From positions 224,727,971 to 224,791,970 of the forward strand of contig NC_085843.1 of the NCBI RefSeq assembly GCF_035594765.1: a DNA stretch of 64,000 bases, in the 5' to 3' direction. This DNA comes from Anolis carolinensis (lineage: Eukaryota). Shown piece by piece: positions 21,076 to 32,540 of the stretch. A model generated the notes under the pieces. It saw nothing but the letters and a program-made list of their open reading frames with translations. It did not search any database and was not told the origin of the DNA. Made by a program: the position numbers and the translations under genes. The number at the start of each line of letters is the position of its first letter. Within the stretch, counting starts at the first letter, position 1.

Positions 21076-22453
21076 GCCTTACTTTTAGATACACAAAGAC
21101 AGGGCTACATTGTTGCAAAGGTGCAAAGAAGACATGTCAGCAAATGTACTTCTGCCACTTCTGCACCTTTCAAAATGCTTCTGAATTGTACAGGACTCCT
21201 TCATCTTGTTATTTGAGATGTCATGACCTGCTATTTCACTGGCAGGTGTGGTCTCTTCATTTCCCATCATTACTTCTCATTTAGAACATCCTTGTTCTTT
21301 TAAACCACCTGCATTTAATGGCTGGCAGAATTCCAATAAGCATGTGGCATAATCCAGGCAGTACCTTGGGGCTGAATAGAATCTAAAGCTATCAATATGA
21401 TTACTGTTATATCTCATTATCTCTTTTCTAAATCAGTTACAGTCCTTGTCTTCGAAATGCCTGTCCTCTAGGCAACCAAATCGCTTTCCTCTATAAATCT
21501 CACCTTAACTACATTTGGTCCGGAAGCCTTCCTTTCCTGCCCTCTCTAGAAATGATTTCTGTTCTGAAGCAGTTAAGATAGGTATCCAAAATATCTGGTT
21601 AAGATAACTGAATTGGCTGGTGATGACCTTTTTAAAATGGGATGGTAAAGGGCACAGTGTGTGCAGAATTCCATTATCACTCATAGAACAAGGAAAGCCT
21701 TTATGTTGCCACTTTAAGACTCCACGGTCGAATGTCTCCTTGATCCTATGGTACTGTAGCATTATGACTTCATTCAAAGAGGAAAGCTGTGCTTCAAAGA
21801 ACTATGAAACTATTTCCAAGAGCTCAAAAGATCTTTAGACATGTTCTTTTCAATTAGGTCACTACAGACCTAATCCAGCAATGGCCAGAATTCACTAAGA
21901 TAATGTCGAATTATGAATGTGTGATGGATTCATATAAACCCTATGTAGTCACTGTTTTAGGGAACAACTCTGTGTATGTGTGTATTGCCTGTTGATTTAT
22001 AGCAATCCTCTGAATTTCATAGGATTTTATTAGGCAAGGAATACCCAGAGGTGGTTGTGGCAGTTCACAATTTGTTACCTTTATAATTGTAGTGTGCTGC
22101 TTAAATCTATAGGCTTGTACTATAGGCTTGGTCCCTCTTCATCATTGCAAAATAAATAAAGATAACTTCATTATTTTTAATTGGATACTTCCCAGCTGTG
22201 GGCCCTTCTGTCACTCCCAACATTGTATGGTAAAAGCTAATGAAAGAATGTACTTAAGTTTTACACAGATGCCTCAATATCAGGACCTGTACAAGTAACT
22301 TTTTGTACTATTATATCAAGAATCCCATACCAGCATGGCCAATAAGCATTTGACTCTGCAGGTTAATTTTATTCACTGCCTTTTAGTTTGGATTCTTTAT
22401 GTTTTTGGTTTTTAATTAGTGTTGTAACTATGTTTCAACTGTTCATTTATTTC

Positions 22454-22920
22454 AGTGGTATCCAACCTGTGGTCCATGGACCATTAGTGGTCCCCAAGAA
22501 GTAAAATATGGTCCACAGCCTCACTGTTACTACACCGTTACAATGAGAGCAACTGGTCTTGCAAAACCCTTTTTATAGTGGTGAGGCAATGGGGATAATG
22601 GGTGGGGAGAGGCTGACTATCCACAAAAGGCCTGACAATAAGTCTCCTGACTGCTGCTTCTCCTCCTCCCTCCCTCCCTCCCCCTGAGCGGAGCCGTTCC
22701 ATGTGGCGCCTGGAAATAGGGGCACCTTGCTGTCTTCATTTTTAGGACTGTTCCTGGCGTTATTTGGGGTGCTGATTCAGAAAATTGCATTGAATAGACC
22801 ACATCAGCTCTAGATTATTAAATATGATTTTCTGTGAGCGAGCAGATGACTACTGAATGGCATATGTTCTGTATCAGAAAACAGAGCTGATGTGGTTTAT
22901 TCAATACAATTTTCTGAATC
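22454..22920 (+). mobile_element. hAT-type DNA transposon fragment
   Basis: CAGTGGTATCCAACCTGTGGTCC terminus. Internal ~38-bp inverted repeat (22774-22812 vs 22883-22920). Second terminus not found. Confidence 0.6.
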
Positions 22921-23434
22921 TGTTATATGGGAATAGTTTCCTAAATTGAGCAGGAAGAATAGGAAGTGGGAAATTTTAAAAGCTCCTTAAAATGTATAAT
23001 GTACCAAAATACATGGTGTGTTTGAAGAATTCTTTTCCAAGTTCTTCATCTCTCTTATGTTGAGCACAAGCCTTATTTTGTTTCTCATACAAATGTATGT
23101 GCGCTTACACACACACATGCACACAAAAATAAACCACAGTGAGATTTCAAGTTTGTCACTATGCGAGCTTTTCCTCAAGTTTGTTCCTCTTTTGTGCTAC
23201 CATTCAGTAATGGAAGCACAGATTGCTAAGTGGGTAGTGTTCTCTGCAGCTCACAAACTCTACTGTTGCACATACACATGTCAGAGCTGCTTCAAGGCAT
23301 AATAATAGACCCACTGCTCAGTTTGTGGAATGCCTTCATAAAATAAAAGTCTACATCAGCAAATGACCAAAGAAGCCACCTCGGATGTAACCCAGAGGCT
23401 AAAAAATTGCCTCCATAAAATATAGCCTCTAGAA

Positions 23435-23566
23435 CAGTGGTTCTCAACTTGGGATCCCCATATGTTTTTGACCTACAACTCCCAGAAATCCCAGCCAGTT
23501 TACCAGCTGTTAGGATTTCTGGGAGTTGAAGGCCCCCATCTGGGAACCCCAGGTTGAGAACCACTG
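23435..23566. mobile_element. palindromic hAT-type MITE
   Basis: TIR CAGTGGTTCTCAAC. Perfect 8-bp TSD CTCTAGAA (23427-23434, 23567-23574). Confidence 0.93.
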
Positions 23567-23587
23567 CTCTAGAATATTGATCTAGCA

Positions 23588-23710
23588 CAGTGGTTCTCAA
23601 CATGTGAATCCCCAGATGTTTTGGCCTTCAACTCCCAGAAACGCTAACAGCTGGTAAACTGACTGGGGTTTCTGGAAGTTGTGGGCCAAAAACCCACAGG
23701 TTGAGAAGCT
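23588..23710. mobile_element. palindromic hAT-type MITE (more degraded copy)
   Basis: Same family as 9282 and 23435; right end decayed. Confidence 0.8.
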
Positions 23711-23964
23711 GATGAGCTGTTGCTGATGACTCTTTGTCAATTTCAACAACAAAACAAAACTTTCAATAGTAGCATCCTTAAATCTTAAGGCTTGTTTCAC
23801 ATTCCATTCCATGCAAAATGGACCAAATCCAACAAGTTCCCTGAAGACAAGTGTTGTTGATCAGTGCCATATACATATATTGTCGAACTGTCATATATAA
23901 TTCTGCTTAAAACTGGCTTCATAAATGTGTATTCTATACATATGTATTTTTACAGGCAAATACG

Positions 23965-24048
<84 letters not shown>
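23965..24048. repeat. (GATA)n(CA)n compound microsatellite
   Basis: Direct reading. Confidence 0.95.
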
Positions 24049-24049
<1 letters not shown>

Positions 24050-24746
24050 CAGTAGAATCCTATTAATGGCACACAAAAGTGTACCTTTTTTAAAAAATTA
24101 TTTTTTATACTTGCATCAACTACATTCAATATAAATAGTATACAAAATAATGTGCATTTTACAAACACTTAGACCTACCACCTAGGCCTGAACAAGTATC
24201 ATTTCCTTTGTCTTAAATATATAAATAATCAAGTAAAGAAATGTCATATCCAGAATTCATTAAATACACATTAGAGAGTAACAAGAGAAAACAATACAAC
24301 TTTGTTAGACAGGACAAAAGTATACCTTAAGCTTATCTCCATATATGTGTTGGGGGGGGGGGGTTGGTCAATGGGGAGGCTTGTATTATTTTCTCTGTCT
24401 GCAGTGACCAAAATCCTCCCTGGATCTACCATAGCTCATTGCCACCATTTTGTGTCTAGTGGAGAATAGCTGGGATTGTAGAAATATCTGGCTATGTCTC
24501 TGCAGCTAGATTGGAAATTATTACATCAGCTGACAAAATCGCAGCAGACCTCAGAGAGGACACAGTCAAACACTTCAATGATTTTGACACACCAACACAC
24601 AATATTGATGGGGGGCTTCAGTTCCTCTGTGGGAAGTCTGATGGATGGTAAATAGTGTAATTCTAGATGCAGAACTACTATATTGTATCGAGTCATCCAA
24701 AACTGTGGCCCAGTTTTGGTAACTTTGCAAATAGGTAAAAGGAAAA

Positions 24747-25050
24747 GGGACCCCAGTGGTGTAGTGTGTTAAAGCGCTGAGCTGCTGAGCTTGCGGACCA
24801 AAAGGTTGCAGGTTTGAATCCGGGAAGCGGAATGAGCGCCCACTGTTAGCCCCAGCTTCTGCCAACCTAGCAGTTCAAAAAACATGCAAATCTGAGTAGA
24901 GGTACAGCTCTGGTGGGAAGGTAACGACGCTCCATGTAGTCATGCCGGCCACATGACCTTGGAGGTGTCTGCAGACAACGGCGGCTCTTTGGCTTAGAAA
25001 TGGAGATGAGCACCAACCCCCAGAGTCAGACACAACTGGACTTAACGTCC
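24747..25050 (+). mobile_element. Sauria SINE
   Basis: Colinear with 17175-17500; tail truncated. Confidence 0.92.
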
Positions 25051-26769
25051 TATGTGGATTTGTATAGCGTATCTTAATTATAGCATGGATTAGGCCAAGA
25101 GTACAGACAGTGCACAAGGAGAACATAAGGAATGGACAGATAAATGGTGAGTTCAGCATAGACATATAGAGAAGTGCTATTTTTGTGAGATGATACCAAT
25201 ATACACATATTTATTTATTGCTGCAGATTTCCATGGTTCCAAATGTAACAAGTCTCATAACTTTCAGTGTCCCTTATTAAGGATTGCAGTTTGGATTCAT
25301 GTGCAGATTAGTTTCATTTGCAGTTTGGACTCAGAGCCAACAGCAACAAAACAAAAGAATAACTTTCTTTTTAAAACTTGCCTGTGCAAAAAAAAAATGC
25401 ATAGGGGTGAGGATGGATGGGGTAAATATAGCATTGTGAGTTAAAGTTTAACTTCTATTAATAATACCTTTATTGGGTCTATCCAGTCCATGCCTTTTGG
25501 TGTATAGGATATTAATTGCTGTTTTTCAGTGCTGATCCAGAATTCAATGGTCTTGGTTGTTCTCTGTCCCAGGAACATTTTGCCGGAGTTTGTGGGAAGT
25601 GAAATTGTTTGTAAAATTCCATACGTTCAATCCTCCTCCTTCTGCCATTCTATCCTTCGTATCCATCATCCACCCTTGTGCAATTGCATTTTCTGTGACT
25701 TTTGTGCCAATCGAGCAGAAAACAAAAAACACATTGACTCCTTTTCAATTGTAATTCCTCATATTTTCAGCCCTCTTATCCCTTGATCGCACCCCTGGCA
25801 TGAGAAGAAATGTAGCCTATTTTGTCGAGTGGCAGAAAAAAACTGAAGAGGGAAAGAACGTGCCAAGCATCCATTTCGCAGTCACTTCTGCTATGCTGGC
25901 AAGCTGACATATCAGGAGCTTTGGGATGATGGCACTCTCTTCTCCTCTTCTACCTTCCTTTAGCATTACAGTTTTAATTAAGCCCTTTATCACATTGCTC
26001 ATATTTCAGAATTGTGTATTCCCTTACTGAATATTTAACACAACATTCTTATGAACTTCTTCTCACTGATTTTGATTATAGTCTTACTCCCATCAAAGTA
26101 TGTATATATGTATAATCTTAGTTATTTGACTAAAGCGTCTATCTTTATAAAATGACAGAGAGCCTATTCAAGATCCACTACATGTCACTTGATATTACCA
26201 AGGTTCGTGGAGAAGATTAATGTTTATTTCCAGCCTCAGGATCTATGGCTTCATTCATTTTATTTTTATAGACAGTCCCCGAGTTTGGCTTAATTTCTTT
26301 ATGTACAATCCTGTTGTTGCTGAAAGTGTCACAAACATGAATGTAGTTTTTTATTATTTCCACTTGAAGATGAAAATCACTATAAAGAGCTCTCTCACAC
26401 ACACGCCTTAGAAGCACACCTTGTAATAAACCAGCTATTTTGTCCCTGGTGCTTTTAGCTTCCCACTAGATCCTTGGCTACCTTGTTCAATTTATCAGTT
26501 GTTCCAAACATGAAATATGTTAACCAGATGGCCATCGTCTGCAGACTATTTATTTTATTGATAATTATGCTTAAACTAACACAGTATTTATTTACTTATC
26601 TGATATGTAGCTGGAAGAACCTCTGCATCTGGGATGAAAGGGGCAAGTTGCTATCCATCAAGGTAAGTAACCTGAGACATTATATGTTCCCAGCACACCT
26701 GTATCTCGCTGGGAGCATTATTATGATTATTTTGTGATAATAAAGAATCACAATAATACCTTCCAGAAT

Positions 26770-27320
26770 GTTTTTGAGTGTTGAACTAGGGCTCGGGAGA
26801 CCAGGATGCAAATTCCAATTCAACTATGTAAACATTCTAGGTGACCTTGGACAAGTCACACTCTCAGTCTTAGGATGGTTCTACACTGCAGCTCCAAACC
26901 AGTATGAAAAAACAGCAGGGAACCAGGAAATGTAGAGCCACCAGATCACGTAAGTCTTTTTTGGAGATAATTTCTGGGAGCAAGGAGGACAACCATCCCA
27001 CCTCCCTGGGCTGTCTAAACTTGGTGAGCACACAATGGCCGTGGGGCAACAATTCAAGATCCTGCATAGGGATCCTGGATAGCTGTTCCCAGTTCCCCAA
27101 AACACTGAAAGATTTGAATTCTGAAGCAGGACCTTTAAACTGGTGTGCAGCCGCATTGTATGGATTTACGCAGACTAATGTGACTCTACACTGCATTATT
27201 TGGCAGTGTAGAAGCATACTGAGAAGAAGACAATGGTAAATCTCCCCCGAATAAATTTTGCCAAGAAACCCCTGTGATAGGGTACCCATGGATAGGAATT
27301 GATCTGAAGGCACAAAATAA
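26770..27320 (+). mobile_element. older tRNA/CORE-type SINE split by a Harbinger-type MITE
   Basis: 5' half 26770-26870 (GGAGACCAGG...GTGACCTTGGACAAGTCACACTCTC), 3' half 27220-27320 (TTTTGCCAAGAAACCCC...GAAGGCACA). Confidence 0.75.
26873..27219. mobile_element. PIF/Harbinger-type MITE
   Basis: TIR GGATGGTTCTACACTGC / GTATGCTTCTACACTGC. Flanks TTA/TGA (3-bp TNA-type TSD). Confidence 0.75.
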
Positions 27321-27504
27321 CAGTAACTATAAAGCCTTTTGAATGCAACCCAATACTCTATGGTGTACTGTAGGTTTCATTTAGACATTACGTTTCTAAA
27401 CAAATCTCTAATAGTTACAATTTTCTCTCGAAGAGTTGAAAGTTGTTGTTGTTGTAAGCCTTCAAGTCAACTTTATGACAACTCAAAAGTTATTTTCTTA
27501 TCAA

Positions 27505-27650
27505 GTTTTTTTAGAAAGGTTATTGCCCTCCTCTGAGACTGTGAGAGTGTGATTTCCCTAAAAGTCTGCTAATGGTTTTTATGGCTAAATTGAGATTTGA
27601 ACCCTGGTCTCCAGAGTCATAGTCTAATGCTCAACCAGCTAGATCATGCT
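27505..27650 (-). mobile_element. older tRNA/CORE-type SINE fragment
   Basis: GATTTGAACCCTGGTCTCCAGAGTCATAGTC is the reverse of the family head. Confidence 0.65.
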
Positions 27651-27957
27651 GTATGTCAAAGAATTTGTACTAATTCCAAAAGAAACCCTGACGAACTGCA
27701 CAAAACACACTAATGATTAGTCCAAGAATTCTCTCTAACGATTGTGAACATTCTGTGGCAGAGAGCAAGCCTGAGCTTCAATAATATAAGTACTCGAGAC
27801 CCTTACAAATGTTTTTCCGTGAACACTAGTCATTAATTACGTTTCTGGAACATTATTTATTAGAACCAATTTTTGCAGGAGTAACCCAAAGATTCAAAAG
27901 CCATTTATTACTGTTACATCTGAAAAGTCTTAAAAGAAACGATCTGCTCTCCTGGTT

Positions 27958-28150
27958 AAATAAATAATAAATAAAACTTTATTTATATCCCGCCACCATC
28001 TCCCCACGGGGACTCGGGGCGGCTTACATGGGGCATTGGCCCAAACAACATAAGAACAAAATATAAGCAACACAATAAATCACAATATAAAAAGATAAAA
28101 CAATAATACAATATATCAATATAAACAACAATACAAGATAAAAATTTCAT
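27958..28150 (-). mobile_element. L2-type 3' tail fragment
   Basis: Reverse reads TGTAAGCCGCCCCGAGTCCCCGTGGGGAGATGGTGGCGGGATATAAATAAAAG. Confidence 0.7.
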
Positions 28151-28450
28151 TTAAAACACATAAATGGTAAGACCGTAATAATATGGTTCTCAACCATAAC
28201 TAAATTAGTTACTTTATCATCATGAGACATGGCATATGAACCATGAGATATTGCTCCTCAGCCATCTGAAATGAAACCATACACCAATATACTTATAAAT
28301 GTAACTAAAACATTGTAGTAGTATAAGCTAGAAGAGAAGATGATAAATAAATAATGTATCTGCTTCTTAGCTATTGAGAAAAGGAATTATTAAAAAGCTC
28401 ATTTGTAATCAGTTCTGAGATCTGCTACAAAGGACTTCATCCCATGGCCT

Positions 28451-28686
28451 TGTGACTTGAAGGTTGGGTTGCTGACCTGAAGGCTGCCAGGTTCAAATCC
28501 CACCCGGGGAGAGCGTGGATGAGTTCCCTCTATCAGCTCCAGCTCCATGCGGGGACATGAGAGAAACCTCCCACAAGGATGGTAAAACATCAAAACATCC
28601 GGGCGTCCCCTGGGCAATGTCCTTGCAGATGGCCAATTCTCTCACTCCAGAAGCAACTCCGGTTGCTCCTGACACACACACAAAAA
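28451..28686 (+). mobile_element. tRNA-derived SINE with Vingi-like 3' end
   Basis: B-box GGTTCAAATCCC. Ends GTTGCTCCTGACAC+A-rich, like the Vingi terminus GCTTCTGACACG. Confidence 0.8.
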
Positions 28687-30337
28687 ATCCCATGGGATAA
28701 ATAAAGCACTTGGGATTCCTGTTGTTCCCTTAAGATTCACAAGGCCCCATTTTAATATTAAGTGGTTGATTTTCCTATCTCAACACATGGTTTCCCTATT
28801 TCCGCTTGCTTTTCTAATTATCCATTTACTTCCCCATCATATGGGAGACCATTTTCTCCTCCCACTGTCTCCTCCCCCATTTTTTGGATATTACATTTTC
28901 TCTTTATAAGTATAGATAGTGCTCAATTCAAAAGGTAAGTCCATTTAATTTATGTTTAAAAAGAGATATAAATTACCGTTCCTTCCTCCTCGGTCCCAAA
29001 ATAGTAATGGTGGAAGAAAGGAATCAATACTGCCCATCTCGGCACCTTCCTCTATAATGATATCATCATTATGTTTACAAGTACATAAAGGGGAATTCCC
29101 ATCACATGGTAAATTGGATGTTTTTACACATCTCTACATGGGGAATTGAAAAATAAGTCAATTGCCATTCAACATAGGAAGCACAGGGGGGAATATACAC
29201 TTTAGAAATGGCAAATTACCTGAACCCACTGTACAAGCTTGCATCATGTGATAGACTCCATCGGTTGTCATTTCCTAAATGTGTAGAAACACTGGTTTTA
29301 TTGCATATGACGAAGTCCAAATAAATAGAATTTAAGTTTTAATGTAATGTGATTTAGCATGGAAGGTAGAAATATCTGTCTTACATTAAATAAGTATGTT
29401 GTTCAAGATGGAAGCATCATGATATAGAACAGTATGGAGAGCCAAATTATCTTTCTTTCCTTTGTCTGTAAAGCTGCTGCTGACAATAGTTTGTATCTTG
29501 CAGTCTGAAAGGAAGACATATGATCATATGCAGACAGCAAGCATAAATCCTATTATGTCAACAATATATAATTAAAAGGAATTAGTCTTAATGGGAACAA
29601 ATTGTGTTATGAACAAAGACAAGTTTTATTTGTGTAATATAAGTATCATGATAGGAGCTAAAGAACAGAACAATGCACATTATTAGGAGTTTTGTACTAC
29701 TTAGTAAAGCTCAAAGAATAAAACTAATGACTCAGTAAGTTTTCTTTAAAGAGCTTTAGCTCCATCTGAATCTTATATTTTAGACTCATCAGTCCACACT
29801 ATTTTACCAAACAGCTGACTGATGGAAATACTTAAAGCCTAAATTCAGTTGTTAATCCCAACCCAATCAAAACAATGGCATCAATGAACTTATCATTAAG
29901 GATCTCATCACATTAAGTGCCTATACATGGTTGATAGTGGAGGGATTCACCAAGCATTGAGACAAATCCATGGGGCAGAGGGGGAAATCCGTCACCGCAC
30001 ATCACCCACAGTGACGCCTTCCCCATCACACGGGGGAAAACGTCACTGTCTGGCTTACCCCCATGCTGACCCCGTTGCTGGCAACATGAATTCGGGAAGC
30101 CTCCCATGTTCTCCTTGCTCCATCATAAGACACTTCCAGCATAGTTCGGAAATGGAGCCCCACAGGAAGTAGCTGTGCATCGTTTGATAGGATCCAGTGG
30201 GCTTTGTCCCCAAACTCTGCTGGAAGTGTCCTAAGACGGGTAAGAAAGCCCGTGTGATGAAGTAGTTAGTGTTAATTTTTCAACTTCCCATTTATTCAGT
30301 TAGATGATTTAGTTCAGACAAACAATGGAAGTGAAAT

Positions 30338-30460
30338 CCTCTGAAGACGCCAGCCACAGATGTAAGAGAAATGTCAGGAGAAAATGCTGCTAGAACACGG
30401 CCATACAGTTTGGAAACCACACAACACCCCAGTGATTCTGGCTATGAAAGCCATTGAACA
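30338..30460 (+). mobile_element. Penelope pLTR fragment with hammerhead-like core
   Basis: CCTCTGAAGACGCCAGCCACAGATGTAAGAGAAATGTCAGG..., homologous to 15765-15883. Confidence 0.8.
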
Positions 30461-31744
30461 TAAATTGGAGTCACTTTGAAAGTTAGAAATATAGGAAGTT
30501 GCCTTATACAAAGCCAAATAATGGACCATTGGTCTATCACAGGTGTGTGTGTGTGTGTGTGACTAAGTTAGCCCTTCTAAAAGGTGAACTGCTTCTCTTA
30601 GAGCCTTCTGGTAGAGGTAATTAAATATTTCTGTTTAACTAGAAAAGGATAAACCAAATGCTCCATATTCATGAATTGCATTCATGTTAATTATGTTCAT
30701 ACCTAGCTTGGCCTTCTCATTAACAAGTTTTAGACTGTCTGGAGGATCAATAAAGGCTGTTTCGTCAGTGTAAAAAATGTAAAAGTGTTGTGAGCTATAG
30801 GGAACAAGGCACCATCAACTCCATGAAATACTGTGATGTTTTTCCAGCAACTTATGTCATAAGAAATTATTAAATTGTGACATCTGGTGCAGCAGCATTC
30901 TGATTATTTAATGAAGCATTAGATCAGATTTGCTTACTACTTATATTTATGTTTTATCCAGCATCCCTGAAGCAAACTCATCTTGTCACCATTTGGACTA
31001 TGGTTGAAACCTTTTCTTAATTAGAGAGAAAATAGATGATATATCATTATCATCATGTATAAATTATACAGCAGGCTAGGGACTTTATCATACCAACACA
31101 CTGTGCTGTAACAGTCACATTAGTATAGATAATAGATGTATACTAAATATGTTCGATATTGCACCTCTTCAGTAGTGCAATTGTACTAGTTCATAAATCC
31201 ATGGTGCCACAATCAGTCTTTCATACACCTTCGCAACCCCATTTCCCTGCACCATTCTCTTCCTAATGTGCCCTACAGTCCATTTATTGTTGTTATTGCA
31301 CACTTTTAGAATTTTAGAAAAGATATAAATAAAAGAAATCCAAAGCAATGACCTGGAGAGTATCAAGGGTAGAGTTGGGAGAGGAGCATCCAGCCCACCC
31401 ATCGGGCATTCCGACACAGAAATGGAAGGAACCCATCACATTATGGTAGGTAGTGAGAACATAGTGGGAGGGAGAGCTATTGACAAGTTTTAGCCACCGA
31501 TAGATAGAGATAAGAGAATCATGCAACAGAAGCAAATCAGTCATGGAATACATACAGTGTTATGTGACAGGGACCATCACCAAAGTTGATGGTATAGCTG
31601 CAATTCTAGTTTGTCCGCCTCATGTGATAAAGCTCCAAAACCACATTTTCAGGTCCTTATTTACAGATGAAATAAAAAACCAAATAAAATGTTTCCAATA
31701 GTTGTGCCCAACTAAATCCATGTAGGTAGATGCCAGGAGCCTTG

Positions 31745-32540
31745 GGCACATGCCTTCTATCTAGTATCCAAAATACACAAACCAGTAAAATACCTAGAGG
31801 CCCATTATATTATGAATCAGCTCCATCACTATCTAGTATCCAAAATACACAAACCAGTAAATATCTAGAGGCCCATTATCTTAGGAACTGGCACCATTAC
31901 TATATGAATATATGGATTCATTTTTCAGACCATATGCACTCAGTGCTCCAAGTTACATGAGAGATACAATTTTTTGAGGAAAAATTCAAAGTGTCCAAAG
32001 CCTTCATCTTAGCCAACATAGAGGGATTTTCCATTAACATCCCACACAAAGACAGGTTAGAAGCCATTGCTTCTGACAGAACAACTGAACACCCAATCAC
32101 CAACCGGTGTGTACTCATTCATTATCACTTCACGTTTGTTAATAATATCCATCTTAAGATTAGTGGCACTGCTGTGGGCACTCATGTGGAACCACAGGAG
32201 GAAAACATATTCATGGATGTTCTAGGTCATCCATGGACTCTTTTTTCAAACCATATGCACTCAATGCTCCATGAGAGATACAATTTCCTTCAGAATTTCC
32301 AACAAAGGTTCAACAAAAGTCCAACAAAAGTTCACCCTAACATCAACGTGAGTCTAGAACACTCTGCACTGTGGTCTCACTTTTTTACACCTCTGTACAA
32401 CTAAACAATGTACATATACACACCATGTTATATCAATATTCCATGATTGCTACACACCCAAAACAAACCACCAAAACAATTGTCTAGAATCAAGCCCTTT
32501 GATGAAAACGGCATCTACCGGTATTTGGATCCATGAGAGA
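31745..32540 (+). mobile_element. old Penelope-like element RT fragment (family distinct from 14819-15883)
   Basis: YLVSKIHKP/PII..GT (cf. PLE YLLPKIHK..RPII), INIPHKDRLEAI, HFTFVNNIHLKISGTAVGT..EP..ENIFM. Confidence 0.75.
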
